Part shown: positions 32,776 through 44,889 of the stretch, piece after piece
Position numbering within the stretch: the stretch's first letter is position 1
Layout: each line of letters opens with the position of its first letter
Origin: Elsinoe ampelina
Taxonomy: Eukaryota
Direction: 5' to 3'
Length of the DNA stretch: 64,000 nucleotides
Assembly: GCA_010093995.1 (NCBI GenBank)
Contig: ML992505.1
Location: 808,273 to 872,272 of the forward strand
The notes under the pieces: generated by a model
The model's database searches: none
What the model was told of the DNA's origin: nothing
The model's input: only the letters and a program-made list of their open reading frames with translations
Translations under genes and position numbers: made by a program

Positions 32776-35252
32776 ATGTCCTTCTTCCGCGCGTGTGTTC
32801 AGCCGACATGGCTTCGGCCTGCGAGGTGGGGGGGATTGAGTCGACCTCTTGTGGGGTTGCGGGGAGGGGCGGGAGGGTGTGAAGGGGGAAGGAGGAGAGG
32901 GTTGTTGACGGAGGCGAGGTATGAGGGGGCAAAGGAGGTGAGTTGATTTTTTGGTCATCTGTTCAGGAAGAGGGACATGGATAGTGGACATTGGGGTGGG
33001 GGTGAAGTCCATGGCGGAGGGGAGAACGACGCGAGGGTGGAGGTGGGAATCATCGGTCTGGATGTGTGGCGGTCACGAACGGAGAGGAGGGATTATGCAA
33101 GTAGAGACTGACATGGACAGCCGCCGTTGATAGAGGAGACTATCGACAAGCATTTCGCTTCGATCGTGAGAGAGAACGGAGACCGGAACGCGTGAGTCTT
33201 TCTATTCTTCACCATGTCTTTTCTGCGAGTTCTCGATATTGGCGAATGTTATATGGAAGATGGTGGTGGTGGTAGTAGCAACAGCGGCGGGAGTAATCGG
33301 GTGGCATCCACATAGCAGTCTGCACAGAGAAGCCCCCGTGATGAACGGGGTCACTGAGGGAGGAGGAGAGAGTCACAAGAGGCTCTTGTCAATGGGATGG
33401 GCTCTAGTGCTCGAGGCTGACGTTTCAGGGTGATATCGAGGCATCAAAGCACGACGTTGACGTACAGAGATCTGGACGAGCAAAGCAACGCTCTCGCTAG
33501 GGGCCTACTAGAACGTGGAGTCAAGAAGGGTGACAGAGTAGCCGTCTCGTTGGGTAACGGGATCGAGTTCGCAGTGGTGAGTCTCATCTGCCTCGTCTCC
33601 CTCATAGAAGAGATCATGAGTGGGGAGCAGGCCGTTCCGTCAGATGACAGGGAAAATACATCCCTCGCGCTATCGAAGCTCATACTGGCTAGATAAAGAA
33701 TCGCATAGGACGAAGACCGCTGACAACTGATAGACCACCTATGCACTCTTCAAGATTGGAGCGATCCTGGTACGTGTGCTCCTACGCTTCTGCTGCACTC
33801 AATTGACCCGATCAGGTACCCCTGAACCCAGCGTTCAACGCCCAACAAGTCGTCGCTGCTCTCGGCCACCTCACAGCCTCTCATCTCATCATCGGCCTCG
33901 AAACCAATCTCCCTTTCAAGCCTCCTCGCTCCAACGTCCCCCTCCTCACCCACATCGTCCCAGACACTCAATCCCGCACTTTCACCTCCGCCCTCCTCCC
34001 CTCCCTCCAATCCATCATCATCGTAGACAACACCTCCTCACGCATCTCCCCCTCCTCCCTGCCCATCTTCACCCCATTCCCCTCCCTCAGCGCCTCCCAA
34101 CCCACCTCCCCTCTCCCACCCCAAACCCTCCTCAACACCGAAATCGCCAACATCCAATTCACCTCCGGCACCACCTCCACCCCCAAAGCCGCCTGCCTCA
34201 CCCACCGCTCCATCCTCAACAACGGCCACTCCATCGGCGCCCGCATGCTCCTCACCCCATCGGACATCGTCGTCTGCCCACCCCCACTCTTCCACTGCTT
34301 CGGCTGCATCCTGGGGTACATGGCGACAGCCACGCACGGGAGCACCATCGTGTTCCCCTCCGAAGCCTTCTCCCCCACCGCCAGCCTCCTCGCCGTGCAA
34401 GAGAACCAGGCCACAGCCCTGTACGGCGTGCCCACCATGTTCCTCGCCGAACTCGACCTGCTGGCGACGGGCAAGGTCGCCGCGCGCCGCGGCTTCGACC
34501 GTCTGCGCACGGGCATCGCGGCGGGCAGCAGCGTCCCCGCCGAATTGATGCGGAAACTGCACCGCGAACTCGGGCTGACGGAATTGACGATTTGTTACGG
34601 CATGACGGAGACGAGTCCCGTGTCTGCCATGACGACGACGGATGATCCGCTCGTCAAGAGGGTTGAGACGGTGGGGAGGCTGTTGCCGCATGTCAGTGCC
34701 AAGGTGGTGGAGCCGGGGGATAGGGACAGGATTGTGGGGGTGGGCGAGAGGGGGGAGTTGGCTGTGGCTGGGTACTTGGTTATGCAGGGGTATTGGGGGG
34801 ATGAGGCGAGGACGAAGGAGGTGATGGTGGAGGATGAGGAGGGGAAGGTGTGGATGCATACGGGGGATGAGGCGGAGATGGATGCCGACGGGTATGTGCG
34901 GATTACGGGGCGGATTAAGGATTTGATTATCAGGGGCGGGGAGAATATTCATCCGTTGGAGGTGGAGAGTTGTGTGCTTGAGATGGAGGGGGTGTTGGAT
35001 GCGTCGGTTGTGGGGATTGGGGATGAGAGGTATGGGGAGGTGGTCGGGGCTTTTGTGGTGAGGAAGGAGGGGAGGGAGGTTAGTGGGAAGATGGTGAGGG
35101 AGCATGTCAGGCAGAGGTTGAGTGGGCATTTGGTGCCGAAGTATGTGTTTTTTGTGGACGGGTATCCGAAGACGGCGAGTGGGAAGATTCAAAAGTTCAA
35201 GTTGAGGGAGATGGGGGTGGAGATGGTGAGGGAGGGGAAGGGACTGGAATAG
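32776..35252 (+). CDS. AMP-binding acyl-CoA synthetase (ACSF2-like), probably mitochondrial, multi-exon
   Basis: QFTSGTTSTPKA, PLFHCFG, YGMTETSP, HTGD, GRIKDLIIRGGENI, PKTASGKIQK. 5' exons inferred: MSFFRACVQPTWLRPARW presequence at 32776, YEGAKE|PPLIEET; the start is less certain. Confidence 0.88.
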
Positions 35253-35459
35253 TATGGGTGGTGTGAATAGTGGCAAAGGAATAGAAGCGAACGATATCCA
35301 ATTATTATCTCTACCTGTCAATCTGAATCTCGTGCAATGAGTCGCTGAAGTATGTGAAGCCTTTCCCTCAAGATGCCTCAACCCGTTCCGCATCATCCTC
35401 TCATCTAAACAGAACATGAGACGCTACAAGCAAGCATCATTCATGCTATCATCCAATCC

Positions 35460-38400
35460 TCATGTCTGCTTCATGCAAATCATGCCATCCCCAGTGTCGG
35501 TTGGGCAGCTCTCTACCCTAGTGGTGTTGTACACTGTAGTCGTCCTTGTCCTACTGGGCGCAGGGCATGTGGATGGCGTGACGGTGATCGTGACTGTGTC
35601 ATCGTTAGCCATGCGTCCTGGGGTGTAAGCATCAAAAGACTTACTCGTTCTAGGTCCAGTCGTGAATGAAGCAGAGAAGCTCGTTGTCCTCGTGCTACTC
35701 GCGAAGCTGCTAATCGGAGCACTGCTGCCTGACGTAGGGATAGCAGTCGTGGCATTGTTGGAAGTACCAGGAGTGGTGGTCGGACGAGGCGTGCCAGTCG
35801 AAGGACCTGGTGTGGGCGGTACGTAGCTACTTCCACTGAAGTTTGGTACGGACGAGCTCGGGCTTGAGGAGGCAGGTGGGACGTAGCTTGAGCCACTGAA
35901 GGATGGTAGAGTCGAAGTGGTAGAGTCAGTACCGGAGCGACCTCCAGATGCAGATGATCCGCTGAACGTGGACGATCTTGTAGTTGGAGCATAAGAGAAA
36001 CCGGAAGAGCTTGTTGGGGGTACATAGCTGGAGCCAGAGAAGCCGGGAGTACTTATTGGGCTGCTGACTGGAGGCACGTAGCTCGACCCACTGAAGCCAG
36101 GTGTTGATGATGGGGAGGACGCTGGAGGAACATAACTCGATCCACTGAAAACTGGAGTCGAAGTTGGTGACGAAGCGGGTGGTACGTAGCTGGATCCGCT
36201 GAACCCTGGAGTCGAGCTGCTTGTAGACGAGCCTGGTTCGACGTAGCTTGATCCACTGAAAGTGGCAGGCGTGGAAGTCGTAGTGGTCGTGGTTGTGGGT
36301 GATCCTGGCTCCACGTAGCTCGATCCTGAGAAGACAGGAGGCGATGTAGTCGTGGTTGTGGTAGTCACAGTTGGCTCATTACCTGGTGCGTAGTAGGTCA
36401 AGACCACGTTGGCTTCAATAGTAGCAGTAGGAGGTGGTCGACTAGTAGTCTCTGTCACTGTGTTTGGAAGTGGTGGATTCTCATTCTGAGACGGCTGAGC
36501 AAGACCAAATTGGGTACCCGGTGCAGTGGCATATCCACCAGTGAGGGCGGAGTACATGGTACAGGTCTGCGTCTCATTCGAGTACGTGAAGGCGATACAT
36601 CCATTGGTGTTTGAGCACTCATTGTTACAGTCGTCAAAGTCAACAGCAGAGAATTGGCGTTTTCTGATCTGCTTAGCGAGTTCCTGGAAATCGATTTGAT
36701 GGTCGAAGAGGTTGCTTGAGTCGATGTCAAGATCGAAGCTGTACTCGGAAAAGACATCTTCTTCAACCAAATCACGTTTGGAGCGATTGCGAGGCTGGAT
36801 GATGGTACCACCAGTGGGGGTGAGATCACACTGGTAGTAGTATGCTGTACCAGTCTCGTCGTTGCAAACAGTCGAGTTCCTGCTCCCGCAAGCAGAGTCT
36901 TGTGGCGGACAAGCAGGTGCAGGTTCTGCGTAGGTAGTCGAGAAGCCTTCGGACGACGTCGTGGTGCTGGAGACGACATCGGAGGAGGAAGCCGGAGTGA
37001 CAGGTGGTGCGGTAGACGACTCCTCAGGAGGCGCAGGGGAGGAAGAAGCTGGGCTGCTTGACGTGATACTGCTGCTTTCAGGGACCGCAGATGTGGAAGC
37101 CGGAGTAGTCGATGATTGTCCAGAGCTAAGATTGGACGATGTCGAAGAGGCAGCGACTGCAGAGCTAGTGGCGGATTGAGACGAGGTTGCTGGAGTGGAG
37201 CTGACGGCCGAAGAGCTGACTCCCGCTGACGACGAGCTTGTGCTTACCACAGGGCTAGCAGAGCTGGATGAGATACCTCCGACTGATGAAGCGACCGAGC
37301 TAGACGACGATGTAGAAGATCGCGAGGAACTGCTGATCGCTGTAGACGAAGATGAGATGGCGCTGGAGGACAACGTCGAGGACCGGGATGAGCTACTGGT
37401 GGCTGCCGACGACGACGTGCTGACCGCGGCCGCAGATGAAGACGAAGAAGATGATGAAGTCGTCGTTGTTGTTGTCGTAGTCGTAGCGGGGAACGGGGTT
37501 CCACCAAAGACGAGCTGGCCCACCACAACCGGAGATGTGGCAGCGAAAGTCTGCAGGTCTGAAGCTGTCTTGATGTAGCATACCCCGTTGAAGAAAGAGA
37601 AGCCGGTACAACCTCTGTAGCTGGAGCAGAGCGGGAAACAGTCCGAGTAGACGCCATTGGTCTGCTCGAGGGAGTATGTCTGTGCTGTGAGGGCTCTACT
37701 GTCGGTGTTACACCAGACGCGGTATCCGGAAGAGCCGGTCGAATCTGTCTGGATTGTTCCATTGGCGGCAGGGCATGCTGGGTACGAGTTCGTGGCCGCC
37801 GCAGCGGTGGAAGTACTGGTCCTGCTTGTGCTACTAGACGACGAGGAAGTGCTGGAGCCGGCTGCGCTGCTCGTAGCCAAGCTGGTTGATGTCCGGGATG
37901 AGCTGGATCCGCCTGATGAGGAAGCTGACAGGCTGCTAGACGTCGTTGAAACCCCTGAGGTAGAGCCTATGGATCCACCGGAGCTAGTGGTAGTGCTTGA
38001 GCGTGAGGTAGTGGTTGTGGTAGTAGTAGCCAGTGCGGAAGTTTTGAATCCAACAATGAGATTCTGGTAGTTGACAATCGTGCCAACACCAGATCTCAAA
38101 TAGCAGGTGTCAATATTGAAGGTGAAAGATACGCACTGAGTCTCGACATCACACAGGCTGAAGCAGGCACTGTAGTCCCGATTGGTGCCAATGTTGACTG
38201 ATCGATAGGAGGCAAAAGTAGAGTCTCGGTCACAGTAAATGCGGTAGTCGTACTCATTTTGAGAAGTCTGAACAGTATCGTTGGCGCCAGGGCAAGCAGG
38301 GTAAGTTGGTTGCGGTGGGACGTATGATGATGACGAGGACGAGCTTGTGCGAGTCGAAGTGTCTGTACTGCTGCTGCTCGACGTTGACCCTGTGCTCGAA

Positions 38401-41063
38401 ACGGCACTGCTTGAGCTTGAGCTTGATCCAGTATTTGAGAGGGAGCTGCTTGTCCCAGTGCCAGTTGATGAGCTACTTGTACCTGTGCTTGATGAAGAAC
38501 TGCTTGTACCAGTGCTTGAGGAAGAACTGCTTGTGGCAGTGCTTGAGGGCGAGTTGCTTGTACTAGTGCTTGACGGACTTGTCGTAGCCACACTCGATGA
38601 CGAGCTTGATGCGGAGCTGCCACTGCTGGTTCCGGAAGAGCTACTGGAAGACAAAGTGCTGCTGGAAGCGGAGGCGGTCGAAGACGCACTCGAGCTGCTG
38701 CTTGACGAGGTAGAAGTCGCTATCATAAAGTCAGCACAACCCTGAACCGACAAAGGAGACCGCCGAGGAAGGCTCACTAATTCTGACTGGAGAGGCAGTG
38801 ACGAAAATGGTTGTCGTTAAATTACAGGTTGTCGAAGATGTCGAGAAGGAGAAGCTAGACGTACTAGTCGCACTGTTAGTTGGAGCTGGGCCTGATGTGG
38901 ATGAGCTGCTGCTGGAGCTGATGGTCCTGGAGCTACTGCTGGACGTCGTAGTCGTCGTGGACACTGTTGTGCTGACTGCCGTGGAGGTTGAGCTACTACT
39001 TGACGAGGAGGCTGTAGTTGTGGTCGTCGTCGTCGGTGCGGCCGACGAGGAGCCGCTGCTACTGCTGCTTGACGAGGTTGTCGTGGTTGTCGTTGTAGGC
39101 GCTGTGGATGAGCTGCTGCTAGTTGAAGAGCTTGTGGTCGTGGTCGTGGTCGTCGTTCGTACCGTCGAGGAGGAACTGCTGCTGCTGCTACCAGACGTCG
39201 TCGTAGTAGTTGTCGTAGTCGTTGGCCCAGCCGAAGAACTACTGGTGCTTGTCGTCGAAAAAGTGGACGATGTGTACCCAACATAAGCCGTCCTCTTCAG
39301 ACCCGCAATTCTGGTGGTGAGCAAGTTCGCAGTACTGGCGAATGACTGGGGGTTCACGTTCTTGAGCCAGCAGTTTCCATTGCCTTCTCCGAGTGCTGGA
39401 CCATCAACGTAAGAGAATCCGGTACAGTCTGCACGATTGTCGCACAGATTGAAGCAATCTCGCCACGATGTTGAGGCGACACTTTGAACTGATCCACCCT
39501 GAGATCCACCACCGCACATGTACAAATACGGAACGTTGTTAGTATCAGTGACCGCGTAAATGTTCGTATTGATGGCGGTACATGTTGGTGGAAACGCAAC
39601 AGAGGTGAATCCGTCAGGGCCAACAACACCAGAAGCCGTGGCCGTAGCGGTGTTTGTTGTCGCAGTGCTCGTCGCAGCGTTGGCATTGTAAGCTCTGAAC
39701 GTGTTCTGCGATCCGATGTAGTCAAACTCTGACCCATTGGGGTTGGTGAATCTGTAAAAATGGTTCATGATCAGAGGCGTCGAGTCGATTGGTTGATTGC
39801 CTGCGACAGAGAACCAACCGTGATCGCCACCCTGGACGGAGATGTGGGTGACCAGACCATTGGCACCTGGCCCACCCCACTCGTAACGAATGACACTGCC
39901 TGCAGTATTTGCGGTAGTGTTTGCAGTCAGATTGGCGATGCTGTTGCGAGCAGCCCAGTCGGATGCCCAGTGAGGTATCTGGGGTAGACAGTAGCCACGG
40001 CGGCCGCCACCGTTGTAGGGGATGGTGCCGTCAGCAATACCGTGGAACTCGATCATAGGCACGCGTCTTCCAGGATTACATGCTCCAACCAGTGTGTTTG
40101 TGTTGACCGTAAGCGGCTGACAGCCAGATCCTTCTGGTGTAGATGTGTAGAATGCACCAGAATGTGCGGCGAAGACGTTGATTCGAGTTGACATTCTGTT
40201 GTCGCAAGCGAGGACATTCGAGAAGCCACCTCCATTGGAGAAACCTGAAGCAAAGACACGACCAGTATCGATACAGTATTTGGACTGCAGATCTGTGATG
40301 AGAGCATCGATCAAGCCGATATCGTCCGAAGGCTGAGTGAGCACAGCAGGATCACCTTGATATTGATTCTGGCTTCGTCAGTATACTGTTTGTGTATAGT
40401 CTTCAAGGTACTCACGTTCTGGCCGTTCACATACGCAACGATGCCGTAAGGGTTCCATTGAGCATTGGAGAAGCCGGTCTGGCCTTCAGAGTTGCCAGCG
40501 GTATCTCCACGGCCGTGGAACGAGAAGATCAAAGGCGCAGCTCTTGCTACATCGTACGTTGCTGGAATACGAATGGTGTACGACCGGACCACACCACCGT
40601 AGGTATAGTTGACAGCCGTGGTCGCGCCACCGGCTGTTTGACCCGACGGCAGAGCTTGACCGCATCCTACTGACGAGTTGACGTAGTTTGCTTGTGGTAC
40701 TGGGTAGGGTACAGGCGGGATGTACTTGACTGCAGTGTAGACGCCGCTGCCTGTGCTATATCCGCTAGGTCTACCTTTGAGATAACACACTTGATTGCCC
40801 GGAGTGTAGGTCGCTGTCTGACATTGAGCGCCGGCGTTGTCGCAGAGCGTAATACAGGCGCTGAAAGAAGTGACACCAGCGTTGGAGGCATAAGCACCTG
40901 GGGAGCTGTCTTGGTTACAGAGGATAGTATAGACTTGTCCGCTAGGTTGTTGGGTGTATTGCTGATTGTTAAAATCTGGACAGTAAGGAGTGATTGTCTG
41001 GGCTGAAACAACAGACAAGAACAAGACTGGTAAAGACAGTGAAAAGAGTGTCGGTGACCACAT
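35460..41063 (-). CDS. Giant secreted modular protein (~1832 aa): PAN/Apple, CE1-type esterase, four more PAN/Apple modules, Ser/Thr linkers, FSGSSYV repeats
   Basis: Three ORF-track segments join in frame via introns 40415-40369 and 38777-38720 (5499 nt total); signal peptide MWSPTLFSLSLPVLFLSVVSA; FHGRG, GFSNGG, HGIAD, GDHGW. Confidence 0.85.
35811..36340 (-). repeat. Coding repeats FSGSSYV(P/E)P x8 plus one degenerate copy
   Basis: Read directly from the translation; synonymous codons differ between copies. Confidence 0.9.
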
Positions 41064-41770
41064 GATGGGTCGTGGTCTCGTGAGAATGTGCTCGATAGCG
41101 AGTGTGAAGATGGTATAGAGCTTGAAGAAGAGAACAAACCTGGACAAAAGGTCATGTTGACTAGTTTGATGTGCAGCATGTCGTGTGGAATGCTTGTAGC
41201 CGTCGCGACGTGACTGGTGGTAGTGGAATGTTTACCATTCCTCGATGTGATGAGATGGAGACGGGAATGGGGCTAGACGGAGACATGAGCCATGTGGATG
41301 GTAGCAAGGGGTACAGCATGACAATTCGGGTGTCTAGAATGAATTAGCCATCTGGTCGTGACTGAGTATAGCTACTAACCTCGTGTTTTGTACAGGTACC
41401 TGTGACGGAAGCATATCACAAAGTGTAGAGCTCTGTTGGGTAAAGGTTGAATAGTGAATATCAATTGATCTATATCCTCCTCTCTTTCCCCTCCCAATGT
41501 GCTCCACGCCATGCATGAGATGTATAAGTGTACAGGGGCAAATCGTTGTCGCCCAAGACAGGAAATGATAACAGCAGATGATAGGAAGAAATAGCTTAGG
41601 GAACTGGCTCAGCTCTTGAACAGTTTTGTATCCAATCCTTCCGTCTGTGTTTCTCGATGAGCAAATATTTTGCTACAGCAGGTACTCGCTTTTGTGAATA
41701 AGAGGCGTGACTGTGTCTCGCCTGGGTATCAGGGCGTCGTTAGTCGTCATGTTGGTGTTGATCTGTGGTT

Positions 41771-42989
41771 TCAGGCATTTGTGTTTTCACCAATGTGGCG
41801 CAAGCTCTCTGGTTTCCATGAACCTGGTACCATATTAGCTCTTTGATCATTCGAGGATATTGGGTGCAAATGTCTTACCTTCGAATTGATGCTTGACAAA
41901 AGCCATTGGATCGTCATCTTCTCCGGCTCCCATCTGCTTCACACCAGGACTGAAGCTTGTGATCGGTAGGACCACGACGTCACCGACTTTCTTCGCCTTT
42001 GTGATGCCGGTGACCTCTCTCCATGTGATGTTGCCCTTGGATGTGCTCATATCAAAGTAGTCTGGATTATTGAAGAACTCGAAGATCCTGTCTGTCCAAA
42101 TTGCTGGTCCAGTGAACTCGACGATACTCTTGAGCAGATGCTTTCCAATTGTTCCTTCTCTCTTCATTTCCAAGGTGGTTTCTGTGATGTTGGCCACAAT
42201 GTCGCGGAGGATGGGATGGCCCGGCTTGCTCTGAATGGTCCACTGGCAAAACTGGATTCTGCGCGAGTACCATTCGGCCCAATCTGGTCGATCCGGATCT
42301 GCCTCGATACCAATGACCATTCCATAAGACTCTCTGGGCACTTCGGAAGGTACCCACTCGATCGCAGACTTGATGGCAGAAGTGTCAATATCCGAGTAAA
42401 TACCACCTCTCGCGAGCAGAATCAAGTAGCGGAAAAAGTCTGCCTTCAAGACTGGCTCGGGCAGGGCATGGTAAGCCTCGATGACCTCGGGGATTGCGGA
42501 ATAAAGGTGACTGATAAGGTGAACGGCCACGCTGTCTGTAATGACCTCGTGGACAAAGCCAGGATGCTTCTCTGTCCAAGTAGCTTCGTATACGCGATAG
42601 GCTTCTGAAAAGCCTTTGTCTGCAGGGGTGTACTTCCAAGTTTGCCAGATGTATCCAGGAAACTTTCCCTCGAGATCATATGGGAATGCATAGGCCAATT
42701 GCTGCCGTAAAGGTCGCGCACGAATGTCTGCTAGGGGTACCTGAGGTCGCTGCTTTTTGTCTACTGTCGGACCATTCTGCTTTTCCGTATCTTTCTGGAC
42801 AGCATGTGTCGCTTCATGGTGATTGTCTCCGACCTGTAGCTTTTTGTTCTCCTCGTAGCTCCCCGTCGGTTTGGGAGAATTCTTGACCACGGCCCGTATC
42901 GAATCATCCGGGTTGTGAGTGGAGTGCAGCAGGTAGAATAGGGTGAGAAGTGCGCCTGCAACCAGCAGGGCTCGCTTGAAAGTAAGCAT
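41771..42989 (-). CDS. OCH1: Initiating alpha-1,6-mannosyltransferase (GT32)
   Basis: Type II anchor, IWQTWK, LKADFFRYLILLARGGIYSDID, RRIQFCQWTIQSKPGHP, TGPAIWTD; last intron 41878-41824 gives FEGSWKPE. Confidence 0.95.
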
Positions 42990-44889
42990 GGAGAAAATCC
43001 AGCGAAAGCCAGCTCTCGTCTGGTGGGAACGAAGAAGTAGAGGATCGCACTGAGGGGGAAGACGAGTTGGGGGCAGACGTAGTCTTCAAGGGCTGAAAGA
43101 TTGAAGCCAGATCAGCGCAGCTAAGAAGGCGTAACCGAGTCAGGAGGGGACCCTTTGCATGACCGGGTAGCAGAGGACAGGCCCTCTTTGGGCGAGGGAG
43201 GGCGACGGTGGGCCTGGCGGAGAGCTGGTGTGTTCCAGGTTCCGGATGATATGCGAGGGGGTGCGCAATCGCTGGGCGGGTGTATCAGATTTAATCCGGA
43301 GAGGAAGGTGAATTTTTTTTTGACAGACAGCCGGGACACGTGGGTAATGCGAGGAGACGATTAGAAGGGAAATGCAGGCAATTGACTTCTTTTCTAATCT
43401 GTGGACACAATTGTGCTATTTCCAAACAAGATCCAGGTCTACCAGCGACGACTGTTGAAAGTGAGCACTACAGCGGTAAAGCTTATACGAGTTTACCAAG
43501 CAGCCCTAGTCTCACACGATTTGCACACGATTTGCTTCATGACTGGCTAACTTTTCTGAAACATTCCGGGCAGAAAGACTGCAATTATTTTGTCCCACAG
43601 TGCTGGGATCGTAGTCGAACAGCAGTATCGAGCATGTCTTGTTCCCTACAACTCGATCACATCCGTGTGACGTGGACGAACAAACCAATTGACCGTTAGC
43701 TGCCTGGATGGTACTCATCTGGATAGCAAAAGCCCTCGAACGTGGCGAGCGATTGCAAAAACGGCGTCTGAGCTGACGAGTCCTTTGGTGGAGGACGTCG
43801 CAATGCGGCTAATGCAAGGTGTTCAAGGGTTTAGATACGAAGGTACACGGGCTGCAGCTCTGTATACCCAGGCACCACCTTTTATTGTGCTGCCGAACCC
43901 GACCTTGCGAGACACGAGCTTACTGTCAATCCATCATCATTATTGCCCGTAGCAAAGATGCATGATGTTGTGTCGCCATCCCATGCCGTACTCACACCAG
44001 ATAAGCCGACACGCTCAAGTCGGCCCGCATTCACATTCCTGCCTCAAAGGCTCGACCTGCATGGCAAATCGGCTCCAATCAAACCCTTCTACAAGCGCAC
44101 ACCGTCGTCGTTCCAGAAGCCCACCGGTTCTTCTGGCGCCACGGCATCCATCATCACAACAACAAGACGACCGGAGCCACGGGAAGCTGCAACTAATTAC
44201 AGGCCACTTTGCCCTTGAAAGCGCATCAATTGCACCAGCGATAAGGCGACGTCACTCGTCCAACTTTTTGGTTTCCTTGCTCTCTGATCTCTCAAACTCT
44301 ATCACTTTCACTTCCCGACCTTCCCATAAATCGTGACGCGGCAGTAGTAGGCATCGTAGCAGTGGGGAACACGGACATCTCCACGTCCATTATTCGGGTT
44401 GACATGTCAACCGATCCTTTTACCTTCACCGCAGTGCTGTCTCATCCTTCGCCAGGACACCAGGGTGAGTACGAGAGAGAGCATACGACGACTTTTAGCG
44501 GCACGCCTCGTTGCTTGTCCGACGTCGTGGCTGTAGACTTGGTCTGTATCCGGCAGGACGCAGCTCGTGATGCACGCACGACTTCTGCATGCTGCTGCTG
44601 CGCACAAGGTCCTTATCTTGCATGCCCTGAGGAAGACCAAGCATGTCCTGAACTGCACTGCGCTGCGAGGCAAAAGTCTAGATTATTGTGTCGAAAGCAA
44701 GAAAAACCGCAAGGGGTGCCTCCCTACCTCGGCTGATGTGGAATGGGACCGTGTCCCCGGCCCCAAAGCAAGGGCTGGCAGTCGAGGTCCTAATATGTCT
44801 CACATTCAAGGGACAAGTCAATTCAACCATACAGCAATGGCAAGTCTGGAATTCCTTTCCTCTCTATACCCTCCAGGTACACCTCTCCC

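Noticed and set aside
36961..39286. Plus-strand ORFs rich in L/V/E/D (e.g. 37195-37578, 38347-38745, 38798-39286)
   Set aside because: Antisense shadows of Ser/Thr codon runs in the giant secreted protein.
32776..42989. Possible biosynthetic cluster (acyl-CoA synthetase, esterase, glycosyltransferase)
   Set aside because: No PKS/NRPS/terpene backbone or cluster regulator; neighbours are conserved housekeeping genes.
43000..44880. Short overlapping ORFs between OCH1 and VAS1
   Set aside because: No recognisable protein features; consistent with the OCH1 promoter/leader and VAS1 3' region.
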